Assembly (NCBI GenBank): GCA_963796275.1
Contig: CAWCKY010000006.1
Location: 2,176,001-2,240,000, forward strand
Source: an uncultured Acidobacteriota bacterium
GTDB lineage: Bacteria; Acidobacteriota; Blastocatellia; RBC074
Direction: 5' to 3'
Length of the DNA stretch: 64,000 bases
Below are positions 1-11,521 of the stretch, one piece after another; position 1 is the stretch's first letter, and every line of letters begins with the position of its first letter. The notes beneath the pieces were generated by a model that saw only the letters and a list, made by a program, of their open reading frames with translations, searched no databases and was not told where the DNA came from. The position numbers and the translations under genes are program-made.

Positions 1-2205
<2,205 letters not shown>

Positions 2206-2224
2206 TGTTACGGCGAGATACGGT

Positions 2225-2370
2225 GTTCGGAGTTCCGCCTTCAGGCGGTAAGAAAGAGCAAGCCAAAGAAAAAGACCGCGTAAACGCGGAACTCCAAATG
2301 TATGTTGGGAGTTCCGCCTTCAGGCGGTCAGGTAACGTGCGAAAAGAAAGGCCGGGTAAACGCGGAACTT
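2225..2370. repeat. Two REPIN-like doublets (GGAGTTCCGCCTTCAGGCGGT / ACCGCGTAAACGCGGAACTCC family)
   Basis: GGAG-led hairpins in inverted pairs between convergent genes. The same family occurs at 23.9-24.5 kb, 43.4 kb and 54.4 kb. Confidence 0.85.
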
Positions 2371-2400
2371 CATACGCGATCTGTTAGGTACACAGAATAC

Positions 2401-3039
2401 TCAATTGGGTTTCCGGTTATTGAGTTGTTGGCGGAGCGGCGCCTGCGCCAGAAATATTGACAGCCCTAAACCGGCTCCCAGAAACAACCCGTAGATAACT
2501 CCCCACAGCAGCATCCCGGTCTCTCCGCGGATCGACCTGTCAATAAGCTCGCCGAGGAAATAGCCCGCGGAATTTGCGATAAACAGTACGGCGAACTGCT
2601 TGAAGAAGGTTTTCATGACGCCGAATGCCAGTACGATGACGAGCGCCATCAGAAGGGAGCCGATAATGGAACCTGCCCATGCTCCGGCGTCTCCTCGGAG
2701 AGTGAAATAGGAAACCACCCATCCGGCCGCATAAAGGAGAAAAGCTATTCCGTATAGAAGCTGGAACCGTCGCCATCGGTCCGGGCCGATCACCAGAGAG
2801 CTCAGAAAGGTGCCTCCGAGAAAAATGAAAAGGATGGTCCATACGAAATAAGCGCCGATCAAGCCCAGGTTCCGGTACATCCACCGCTCGGCAAAGGCCA
2901 CTGTGGCAAAGACGCACAGGCTGGCGAGACAGAAGCCTAAACTGCCGATCAGGAGGGACCGGCTTAACGTTGGGATTGAATTGTCACCCTGGCGCATCCT
3001 CGCCATCACTCGATCAGCGGTCAGACCGAATATCTCCAT
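2401..3039 (-). CDS. Hypothetical polytopic membrane protein
   Basis: 212-aa ORF with about 6 hydrophobic segments and a GGAGG RBS upstream. Confidence 0.75.
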   Translation of the reverse strand: MEIFGLTADRVMARMRQGDNSIPTLSRSLLIGSLGFCLASLCVFATVAFAERWMYRNLGLIGAYFVWTILFIFLGGTFLSSLVIGPDRWRRFQLLYGIAFLLYAAGWVVSYFTLRGDAGAWAGSIIGSLLMALVIVLAFGVMKTFFKQFAVLFIANSAGYFLGELIDRSIRGETGMLLWGVIYGLFLGAGLGLSIFLAQAPLRQQLNNRKPN

Positions 3040-3101
3040 GAAAAATAACCTCCATGCGAAAGAAGCAGTGAAGAAGAGGGAAGAAGAGTATGTTATTGCC
3101 T

Positions 3102-5426
3102 TTATCGGAACTCACTGATGAGAATGATATTGTTGATGGTCACGCCGCGATCGAAAGCCAGGTTTTTACCGTCGGGTGACCAGGCTATGCGAAAAATCTG
3201 ATCTTCCTTGAAACTTGTTATCTGCCTCGGCCGGCCGCCATCAATCGGCTGGAGCCATATATTGGAGACTCCCGCATCGGTTACGACGTAAGTCAGCGCG
3301 CGCCCGTCCGGTGTCCAGCGCAGTAATTCATAAGTGGGCAGCGGCGTATCGCAAAATTTCATTTTCGGATCCCCTCCTTCGAAAGGAAGAACCGCCAGGA
3401 CTAAACGCTTTGTCTCCTCATCGAGCATTTGGCAGGCGATTGACTTTCCATCAGGAGAGACCTCGGGACTGTTCGATGTGTAGTGAGTCAGTTGCAGCGG
3501 CTCGCCTCCTTCAATCGACACCCTCCATAATGTCCGTTTGCCTGACTCGTCATACGACGAATAGACTACCCATCGTCCATCAGGCGAGAGGCTGGGTAGA
3601 TGATCGCCCTTACCTTGCGTCAGTTGCCTTGGGTTTCGGCCGTCCGCGTCCATTCGCCAGAGGTAGGATGTACCTGAGCCTCTTGAGACGAAGACGATAT
3701 GGCGACCATCGTTCGAGACTACCGGGAGAACATCGCGGCTGGCATTGAAGGTCAATTGCGTCTGGTTACCGCCATCGGCATCCATGATCCAGATGTCTGC
3801 ATTTCCGCTCGCATGTGAGCCATAGACCAAACGGCCGTCGGAGGTCCAGCAAAAGCCGAAATTTTCACTGTAATTGTCTTCATATCCCTTTCTGATCAGT
3901 CGTGCGCGGTTGGCGGCTCCGTTCGGCGCGACCCAGAGACGCGAAATCCGTTCCGATCGCATGGTGGCCATTATATCGGCTTGAGCCGCGATACTTGCCT
4001 TACCATAGCTGCCCAGGTCATCAGTTACTTTAATTACCTCGCCGCTCGGATAAGAAAGGTACCAGAGCTGATTGGCATACACCGGCCATTCCTGGTACCA
4101 GGCGCTAATCACCACCCCGCTCCCGTCCTTAAGCCAGTCTGCTGATTCGATCCAATTCCATGTTTGAGACCCCAATCTGGTCTCGTTTCCATCCGCCGCA
4201 TTTACAGTGACGACATACATATTGGATTCGCCGGGGCTTCTCCTTCCGGCGACTGTGGCAATCGTCTTTCCATCCGGTGACCAGGCCAGCCCTTTATATG
4301 AGAATAGCTCAGGCTTCTTGCGGACGGCCAATTGTTGCTCTCCGCTTCCATCAACATTCGCGCTTATCAGGATAGACTCTTTCTGTTCATCGGTCGTCCG
4401 TATGAATGCGAAGCGTTTGCCGTCGGGCGAGAAGGTGATCGCGCCGTCTACCGAGGCCAGTATCTTTCTGGGATTGCCGCCGAGAACCGGAGCTTGATAA
4501 AGAGTGCCGTTATACTGATCTTTTTCCTGAACGACATAGTGGATAAAGGTGCCGTCCGGCGAGAAAGTCACTCCACGGTAGGTTACTGCGGCTGGCGGGA
4601 CCACTTCCACCTCAGAGGTCGAATTCACATGTCGTACTCGGATGCTCTGCCGCCCTGCATCATCGAGAACATAGGCCACATAGTTACCTTTGGGTGAAAG
4701 CCCCGGCAGTTGCGCATTCCCGGAAGTGGTCAACTTTCTGACCTGCGGAACCTTCTTGAACGGCGCGTCCGATTTGCCAATGAGCGGATTTCTTCGATTG
4801 AGATAATACAGACCGACGGCGACTACAGCCAATAGAACGACTGCTGCGATCCCCATCTTTTTCCAGTTGTATCCTACATCGGGTCGTTGTTTTATGATCT
4901 CGTCCGGAGCTTGGGGGCGCGGAGCAATGCTGATCAATTCCTGCTGCCCGATCACGATTGCTTCCTTCCCATTTACCTCCCCATTGGTCTGCCCATTCAT
5001 ATGCGAACCTTCGTCGCCGTTATTATCATGCGCTTCAAGATCGCCAACCGCTCCAATGTGATGATGGGGAACTCCTCCACCCAATTCTCCATTCACCATT
5101 CTGATCTCCCCAATAAAGCGATAGCCGCGCCTGGGGATGGTCTCGATATATTGCTGGTTGGCCGCACTCTCGCCTAAAGCCTTCCGGAGCTGGAAGATGG
5201 CCTGTGTCAAATTGCCCTCCTCGACGAAGCAATCGGGCCAGAGGCGATTCATTAAATCGTTCTTTTCCAGGACACGGCCGGAGTTTTCGACCAACACATA
5301 GAGAGCCTCAAAGACTTTTGGAGGTAATGCGACGGGCGCGCCGTCGCGGAGCAGGAGACGATTGGTGACATCGACCTGGAATGGACCAAATTGGTAGAAA
5401 TAATGAGCCTGCCTGGGAACTGACAT
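3102..5426 (-). CDS. Membrane-spanning regulator: N-terminal CadC/OmpR-type winged helix, TM helix, TolB-like PD40 beta-propeller
   Basis: FGPFQVD...LPPKVFEAL...VEEGNLTQAIFQLRKALG...IETIPRRGYRF, then a hydrophobic helix, then repeated SPDG motifs. Confidence 0.9.
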   Translation of the reverse strand: MSVPRQAHYFYQFGPFQVDVTNRLLLRDGAPVALPPKVFEALYVLVENSGRVLEKNDLMNRLWPDCFVEEGNLTQAIFQLRKALGESAANQQYIETIPRRGYRFIGEIRMVNGELGGGVPHHHIGAVGDLEAHDNNGDEGSHMNGQTNGEVNGKEAIVIGQQELISIAPRPQAPDEIIKQRPDVGYNWKKMGIAAVVLLAVVAVGLYYLNRRNPLIGKSDAPFKKVPQVRKLTTSGNAQLPGLSPKGNYVAYVLDDAGRQSIRVRHVNSTSEVEVVPPAAVTYRGVTFSPDGTFIHYVVQEKDQYNGTLYQAPVLGGNPRKILASVDGAITFSPDGKRFAFIRTTDEQKESILISANVDGSGEQQLAVRKKPELFSYKGLAWSPDGKTIATVAGRRSPGESNMYVVTVNAADGNETRLGSQTWNWIESADWLKDGSGVVISAWYQEWPVYANQLWYLSYPSGEVIKVTDDLGSYGKASIAAQADIMATMRSERISRLWVAPNGAANRARLIRKGYEDNYSENFGFCWTSDGRLVYGSHASGNADIWIMDADGGNQTQLTFNASRDVLPVVSNDGRHIVFVSRGSGTSYLWRMDADGRNPRQLTQGKGDHLPSLSPDGRWVVYSSYDESGKRTLWRVSIEGGEPLQLTHYTSNSPEVSPDGKSIACQMLDEETKRLVLAVLPFEGGDPKMKFCDTPLPTYELLRWTPDGRALTYVVTDAGVSNIWLQPIDGGRPRQITSFKEDQIFRIAWSPDGKNLAFDRGVTINNIILISEFR

Positions 5427-5570
5427 CAGGAAACCTCTCTCAAGTAAACCGTAAAGAGATTAATAACAACTCCTTGAGGACATCAATCAAGGGTTCAATT
5501 TAGAATTTTAACCGAAATCAAACTATTTGATGAGTCATATTGATCGCTCCATCAGCGCACGGAACCAAAT

Positions 5571-5705
5571 AAAATCTATGTGAGCGCAGGCATCTTGCCT
5601 GCCGGCAGTTCCCCCGCGAGCGGTGGAGCGCTTCACGCTAGCTGTTTGGTGGAGCGCTTCATAGAAGCTGCATGTAGGCAAGATGCCTGCGCTCACATAG
5701 ATTTT
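5571..5705. repeat. 135-bp REPIN/MITE-like element with 32-bp terminal inverted repeats
   Basis: AAAATCTATGTGAGCGCAGGCATCTTGCCTGC ... GTAGGCAAGATGCCTGCGCTCACATAGATTTT (31/32 complementary). Confidence 0.8.
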
Positions 5706-5852
5706 ACCGGAACCGCACGCGGAAGTATGTCAGGTTGCTCCAATCCCGTACGCTTGAATGTGCGGCCTGCGAATTACGCCCCGCCCATATGAAGAATGAG
5801 AATTTTGTATTCACCTCGTTTAACGAGTAACTAATTGTTTTGGAGATATTTA

Positions 5853-6314
5853 ATGAGCGCGCTCAATGGACTGTTGACTTGCGCCGGAATTTGGCGCGGC
5901 ACAAATAGGCTAAAAGATCCACACACCAACTCACCTGAGGATTCTTTCTCAAGTGCCATTGTGACTCCTATTCTGGGCGGCCGGTTTGTTCGCATCGACT
6001 ATACGTGGGTTTTTTACGGTGATCCGCAGGCCGGATCATTACTGCTGGGTTACGAAAGGAAGCGCGATGTGGTCACAGCATATTGGATCGATACCTGGCA
6101 CCTGAATGATAGGATTATGGTATGTACGGGCGCTGCTCTCGATGGTGAGTTACGCGTGCTCGGATCGTATGCTCAGCCCTCGGGCCAAGATTGGGGATGG
6201 CGTATCGTTATTGCACCGCAGGAGGCGAAGAAGTTCAGCATAACGATGTTCAATGTAGAGCCCAATGGGAGCGAATCGTTTGCCGTCGAATCGCACTTTC
6301 GAAGAGTAGAATAA
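5853..6314 (+). CDS. DUF1579-like beta-barrel protein
   Basis: G-x-W-x-G start, LGGRFV, WIDTWH and WGWRI motifs. ATG at 5853 follows GGAG. Confidence 0.75.
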   Translation: MSALNGLLTCAGIWRGTNRLKDPHTNSPEDSFSSAIVTPILGGRFVRIDYTWVFYGDPQAGSLLLGYERKRDVVTAYWIDTWHLNDRIMVCTGAALDGELRVLGSYAQPSGQDWGWRIVIAPQEAKKFSITMFNVEPNGSESFAVESHFRRVE

Positions 6315-6402
6315 ATAATTGATAATTGATAATTGATAGTTAGTATAGCTTGTTGCCACAGTACGTATGAACTATCAACTAAACTATCAACTATCAACTA
6401 AT
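6315..6402. repeat. Short AT-rich heptamer tandem repeats in inverted arrangement (GATAATT/GATAGTT vs AACTATC)
   Basis: ataattgataattgataattgatagttag ... aactatcaactaaactatcaactatcaacta between convergent genes. Confidence 0.7.
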
Positions 6403-6633
6403 CCCACTGCTTCGATTTTCGCTGCAATCATGAATACCCCAATCGCGAATAGTTTCGACGGTCTCACTCGGTTGCGCGCAGTATGCGACGGTATCACCGG
6501 TGCAGATGATCGAGCTCGGCGGAATCGCGAGCTCTTCGGCGATTGCGCGCAGAGCCGCCAGAGCTTGGAGGTTTCCATATGGGCCGCCGAAGAAGAGCAG
6601 TGAACGGTGTGACGATTCAGGTTGTCGAGTCAT
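6394..6633 (-). pseudogene. Truncated metallophosphoesterase (N-terminal ~70 aa only)
   Basis: LLFFGGPYGNLQAL...IICTGDTVAY...TVETIRDWGIH matches the start of calcineurin-like phosphoesterases. The following GN motif and the rest of the fold are missing. Confidence 0.65.
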
Positions 6634-7663
6634 GTTTGACGGATTGTTTGTTTGCCGGGATCAATACTTCCTCATGGAATTTATCGCAGCCCACGCAGAG
6701 ATTCTGATATAGCCTGCCAGACGGCAGTTTGACGGTCGAAGCCTCGATGAATTTTTCCATCGTCCAGCCGTGAGAAATTCCCATCCGTTCGGGATGTCCC
6801 ATCGATAAGGCTTCGTAGACCGGGTTGCCGACGTGACGCTCCAGTATGGCTTCCAGTTTTTCTTCGAGCAGGTTGCCGATCGGCGCTTTCGTCTTGATGC
6901 AGCACGGAAAGACATTGCCATTGGGCTCGACCGATACCTCCGAGCCTTGATACCGGTACTGCAAAAAGTTGAGCGCGCCGGACCAACGGTTGCAGAAGTT
7001 GTCGCGCAGCGTCGCCTTCGATAATTCATTCTGCCGGGCTCGCCCGCGCGGCCACAGCGGGCCGATCCATGCGTCTTCGGTCGCGCCGAAAAATGAGAAA
7101 CAGGTTCTTCCCATCTCGGCCTGGCCCGCGCTTTCGGCTACCAGCGGCTTGAACACCATCCCGCGAGATTCAAAGATTCGCGTCAACCTGGCGACGAGCT
7201 TATCCTGCGCTTCTTTGGTCTCCAGTCCATCGTGGTGATGGTCGATCCCGGAGACCGATATCTGCCAGACGTGATGGGCCAGCAGTTCATCAACTATCTG
7301 TTCGGTGACGAGGTCGCCCGTCGTCTGGACGATGAGCTTCACCTCGTCACCGTATTTTTGATCGAGCAGGTCGAGGGCTGAATAGAGCACGCGCTCGCGC
7401 ACAGGCTCCAGAAGAATCTCGCCGCCCGCCAGAATGACGCGCCCGATCTTTTCCCGCGGACGGCCCGTGTCGGGATCGCAGTCATTGAGGTCGAGATAGG
7501 TCATCCGGTCGGGAAAATTCTCGATGATGCGCGCGTGGTTCTCCACGCTCTCGCCTACAACGCGATCCCGCTCCGGGCCGTAATATGGCCGGAACCTGTC
7601 TTCGTAACAGTGATGACAGGTCCGGTGGCAGAGAAATGTCGCGACGTAATAGATCGATTCCAT
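6617..7663 (-). CDS. Radical SAM protein with SPASM/twitch-like C-terminal domain
   Basis: CHRTCHHC (CxxxCxxC), AGGE, VSVEPNGNVFPCC and C-terminal CVGC. Confidence 0.88.
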   Translation of the reverse strand: MESIYYVATFLCHRTCHHCYEDRFRPYYGPERDRVVGESVENHARIIENFPDRMTYLDLNDCDPDTGRPREKIGRVILAGGEILLEPVRERVLYSALDLLDQKYGDEVKLIVQTTGDLVTEQIVDELLAHHVWQISVSGIDHHHDGLETKEAQDKLVARLTRIFESRGMVFKPLVAESAGQAEMGRTCFSFFGATEDAWIGPLWPRGRARQNELSKATLRDNFCNRWSGALNFLQYRYQGSEVSVEPNGNVFPCCIKTKAPIGNLLEEKLEAILERHVGNPVYEALSMGHPERMGISHGWTMEKFIEASTVKLPSGRLYQNLCVGCDKFHEEVLIPANKQSVKHDSTT

Positions 7664-10600
7664 TCAAAACCTCACCTTCGCCACGAATTGGACGACACGC
7701 GGCGCGGTGGAGTTACTGACGTATCGTCCGAAGGTATCGTTACTGCGCGAACTCACCGGAAGAGTGAAGTTCGGATGGTTGAACAGATTGAAGAATTCCG
7801 CGCGGAACTCGATGGCGCCGGCTTCGCCGAACGGCGTGAATTTGAGATTTCTGAGCAAGGCGAAATCTGTGTTGAAAAAGTTGTCGGCGCGCAGCGTGTT
7901 GCGACCGACCGAACCTAACTGACCCGATGGAGGCGCCGCAAAGGCCGCCGGATTGAAGGCGAAGCCGGCGGGTACATTCTCTTTGGGATCGCTGATCTGG
8001 TTCAGGCGGCGATTGGATGTCCCGGTCAGCGGGTCGAGCGCGCCGACCGTGACCGAAAATGGCTGCCCCGATTGATAGGTCAGGATGCCGTTGATCTGCC
8101 AGTCGCTCACCAGGGCCCGGACAATCGCGGGCGCGCCGTTGAAGCGCCGGTCGCGTCCGAAGGGAAGCGCCCAGGTCGAGCTGAAGACGAGCTTGTGCGG
8201 GACGTCGAAGTTCGACAACCCTCGCTGCGCCGCCAGATTGTAGGAATCCTGCGCCAGGTCATCGGCGCCCGTCCCGATGCCGCTGACGTCATCGATCGAC
8301 CTCGACCAGGTGTAAGCTGCAAGAAAAGAAGCGCCGTTGCTCAGCCGCCGTTCCAGCCTCGTCTGCATCGAATGATAAATCGCCTGCCCGTTGAACTGCT
8401 GGCTGATCACGTCGTTCGAGAACCGTGCGCCGGCGGGAAGGCTCGGATTGTTGAATGGACGCGAACCGACGGCCATTCCGAATTGCGTCGCCGCCGGGCT
8501 GTTCACCGCCACGATCTGATTGATGTTGACAGTGCGCGACGCATTCATCCCACGTCGCCCGACGTAGGCGACCTCGGCGAGCAGGTTCTTCCCCAGTTCA
8601 TGCTGAACGTTGACGTTGTATTGAATCGCGTAAGGCGTCCGGTAATTTACGTCGATCGCGCCCGCGCCAGTGGCCGCGCCACTGCCGAGCAACGACAGGA
8701 AGGTTTGGGTTGGCGTACTGTCGAGCGGGAAGTCTAATGGTGTGCGGGCGCTGCCACTCTGGTTTCGGATGTTTGTAATGGCGAACGGAGCATTCGATCT
8801 CGCCGTGCGAAAACGATCTTGAAACGTCCCGTTGTCGTGATAGATGCCGGCGCCGCCGCGCACCGTCCATTTGCCGTCATCGGCCAACCGGTAAGCGAAA
8901 CCGGCGCGCGGCGCGAAATTGTTCTTGTCGATATTATGCAAACGCGGCAGTTCGGGTGAGCCGACGACGAAGTTGCCGAGCCCGGGAAGCAGGTTCGACA
9001 GCAACCCATTAACTTCCGTGATCGGAGTGTCGATCTCGTAGCGCAAGCCCAAATTCAAGGTGAGGCGATCGTTCACGCGCCATTCATCCTGCGCATAACC
9101 GATGAACGCCATCGTGCGGAATCCGCGCGACGGATTGGATGAACTGATCGAGATCAGCGCAGGCAGGCCGAGCAGGAAATCAGCCAGTGCTGCTATCGCT
9201 GCATTGCCCGGGACGGCCGGGTTGATCTCGCCATTACGCGCGCCGCTAAAAGTGAGCGATCCACGCAAGTCTCGATACTGGCTTTGATTCGTGTGCGAGC
9301 GGCTCACCTCGCCCCCGAATTTGAAACCGTGCCTCCCGCGATTCCAGGAGAGATTGTCCATGAATTGATACATTGTGCGACCGGTGGTCGATGCGCCCAG
9401 ATTGTCCGTCAGTGGTTGACCGCCCGTGCCGCCGAACCCGGGTACGCGGATGATGGGAAGTCCGCGTCCGAATTCATTCTGAACCACACCGTTCGGTAAC
9501 CCGATGGTCGCGGGGTCGATAGTCGTCCCGCTCGGAATCGGGTTGCGCTGGCGATTGAGGCCGAAGCGCAATTCGTTAGTGAAATTCCCGCCGATAAGCC
9601 GCGTGTGCGCGACGGAGACCGATTGCCTGCGCTCGGGGTTCGGGAACGGGAACGCGGGCAGAGAAGACGATATGAAAAAGATGTCGAATGGGTAGAACTG
9701 ACGCTGGTCGTCGTAAAGATAGCGCACTGAGACCTGATCGCGATCCGTGATACGGTGATCGGTCCGGATGGTGAATGCGTCTTCGTCCATCTTTTGAATC
9801 CCGTTTGCGATGTAATTGGCGCCGGCGATGCTGGCGTTCGGCAGCGGAATGAAACCATCCAGCACGGCGCGCGAGATGGGAGCGATGCGGCCAGCCAGAT
9901 TCAGCGTGGCCGGCGCCGCAGGCTCACCATTGGGATCGGTGATGGAGTTGTAATTCAGCACACCGGATCGTTGCGCGGCGGTAGGCACGTTGCTGGCGAA
10001 CGGCCCCGTGCCCTGGCGCAGCTTATTGGCTTCCCAGTTACCGAAAATGAAATGACCGTTGCGGCGAAGCGGGCCGCCGATACTGACGCCGAACTGATTC
10101 AGCTTCAAAACCGTGCGCGGCAGACCATTGGCGTTATTGAAGAAATCATTCGAGTCGAGCGCGTCGTTGCGAAAATACTCATATACCGTCCCGTGCCAGG
10201 CGTTTGTCCCCGACTTGGTTACCAGGTTGACGATTGAGCCGGAAAAGCGCCCGTATTCGGCATTGAACAGACTCGTCTGGATCTGAAATTCGCGTGTCGC
10301 TTCTATCAGCGGCGGAAAGGCTATCACTCCCTGTTCGGGGACGTTGATGTCCACTCCGTCCAGGAAAAATCCGTTCGCGCGTGATGGGGCGCCATTGACG
10401 TTGAATGCACCTCCGTTGCCGTCGGTTGGAGTGGCAAGTCCAAACTGATTGAATGCGGAAGAGCGGTAACCGCCGGAAGCCGTTACGCCGGGTGCCGTGA
10501 GCGCCAATTCCTGCAATTGGCGCCCATTGAGCGGGAGCGCATTGACTCGTTCGGAAGGAACCACGCTTGAGAGCGTCGATAAGGCGCTATCCGTGATGGG

Positions 10601-10978
10601 CGCTTCGATCGTGACTGCTTCATTGACCTGCCCGGCTGTGAGCGCGACATCGACTCTACGTTCGTCTCCGACACGTAGTATCAGGTCAGACTGCTCGCCC
10701 GTCTTGAATCCCGATGATTCCACTTTGAGCGAGTATTTTCCGGCGGAAAGCAATGCCACGCGATAATCACCATTACTGTCGGTCGCGACAGTGCGAGAGA
10801 GACTAGTTTCGCTGGACGTGACGATTATCCTCGCCCCCGAGATCGCAGCTCCAGCCTGATCCGAGACTTTCCCCAGCAGGGTTGCATGATATCCCTGCGC
10901 GTACGCGCCACCACTAATAATTTGCAAGGCTATAAAGGCTAAAGTAGTTATGAGTGTGAATATGAAATGTTTTTTCAT
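7664..10978 (-). CDS. TonB-dependent receptor with carboxypeptidase-regulatory-like N-terminal domain
   Basis: Signal peptide, LPLNGR, AEYGRFSG, YEYFRNDALD, QDEWR and EFRAEFFNLFNHPNF, with C-terminal F. Confidence 0.93.
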   Translation of the reverse strand: MKKHFIFTLITTLAFIALQIISGGAYAQGYHATLLGKVSDQAGAAISGARIIVTSSETSLSRTVATDSNGDYRVALLSAGKYSLKVESSGFKTGEQSDLILRVGDERRVDVALTAGQVNEAVTIEAPITDSALSTLSSVVPSERVNALPLNGRQLQELALTAPGVTASGGYRSSAFNQFGLATPTDGNGGAFNVNGAPSRANGFFLDGVDINVPEQGVIAFPPLIEATREFQIQTSLFNAEYGRFSGSIVNLVTKSGTNAWHGTVYEYFRNDALDSNDFFNNANGLPRTVLKLNQFGVSIGGPLRRNGHFIFGNWEANKLRQGTGPFASNVPTAAQRSGVLNYNSITDPNGEPAAPATLNLAGRIAPISRAVLDGFIPLPNASIAGANYIANGIQKMDEDAFTIRTDHRITDRDQVSVRYLYDDQRQFYPFDIFFISSSLPAFPFPNPERRQSVSVAHTRLIGGNFTNELRFGLNRQRNPIPSGTTIDPATIGLPNGVVQNEFGRGLPIIRVPGFGGTGGQPLTDNLGASTTGRTMYQFMDNLSWNRGRHGFKFGGEVSRSHTNQSQYRDLRGSLTFSGARNGEINPAVPGNAAIAALADFLLGLPALISISSSNPSRGFRTMAFIGYAQDEWRVNDRLTLNLGLRYEIDTPITEVNGLLSNLLPGLGNFVVGSPELPRLHNIDKNNFAPRAGFAYRLADDGKWTVRGGAGIYHDNGTFQDRFRTARSNAPFAITNIRNQSGSARTPLDFPLDSTPTQTFLSLLGSGAATGAGAIDVNYRTPYAIQYNVNVQHELGKNLLAEVAYVGRRGMNASRTVNINQIVAVNSPAATQFGMAVGSRPFNNPSLPAGARFSNDVISQQFNGQAIYHSMQTRLERRLSNGASFLAAYTWSRSIDDVSGIGTGADDLAQDSYNLAAQRGLSNFDVPHKLVFSSTWALPFGRDRRFNGAPAIVRALVSDWQINGILTYQSGQPFSVTVGALDPLTGTSNRRLNQISDPKENVPAGFAFNPAAFAAPPSGQLGSVGRNTLRADNFFNTDFALLRNLKFTPFGEAGAIEFRAEFFNLFNHPNFTLPVSSRSNDTFGRYVSNSTAPRVVQFVAKVRF

Positions 10979-11521
10979 GAGTAGACAGATAAGAAATGAG
11001 GATTAACCACGAAAACACAAAAAAGAGATACAACCATATATCTAAGTGTCTTTTGTCTACTTTACCAGTACGGGCATGTTCTGAGCCAGGTTTCAATAAA
11101 ATGAGATTTCGTTTCAAGCTCGAATGGGCGCGGCATCGGTGTGGCGGGAACTCTTTTATCTCTTGGAGGCGGTATAATTGATGACCTACGCCAATCCGAG
11201 GGCGCGTAGCCAATATACGTATACGGCGTTCGGGACTTGCGATATCCGCGCGTGATCCAGTGCCGGACTGAAGCTGAATTTCTAGGCCGAGAAGTTGTAT
11301 CCCTTACAATGTTCAAGAAAAATAAATCAAAAAAAATAAATGGATATCTTTTTACTTATCCGATCTTTGTTGATTTGTGAATGTTGTCAACTGAACCATC
11401 GGAAATAATCCTACGAAAGCGCCGTCGTTCTTGCGGCGCGGCGTCCAGATCGATAGACTGCGAAGACAAAATAACCAAAAAGTAACCGAATACTTGGAAG
11501 CAGAGACTTTCTGGAGAATCA

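Noticed and set aside
10979-11521. Riboswitch (cobalamin, Moco, SAM) or precursor peptide upstream of the TBDR-rSAM operon
   Set aside because: I could not match any consensus by eye, and the short ORFs lack RBS or coding character. An Rfam/Infernal scan would settle it.
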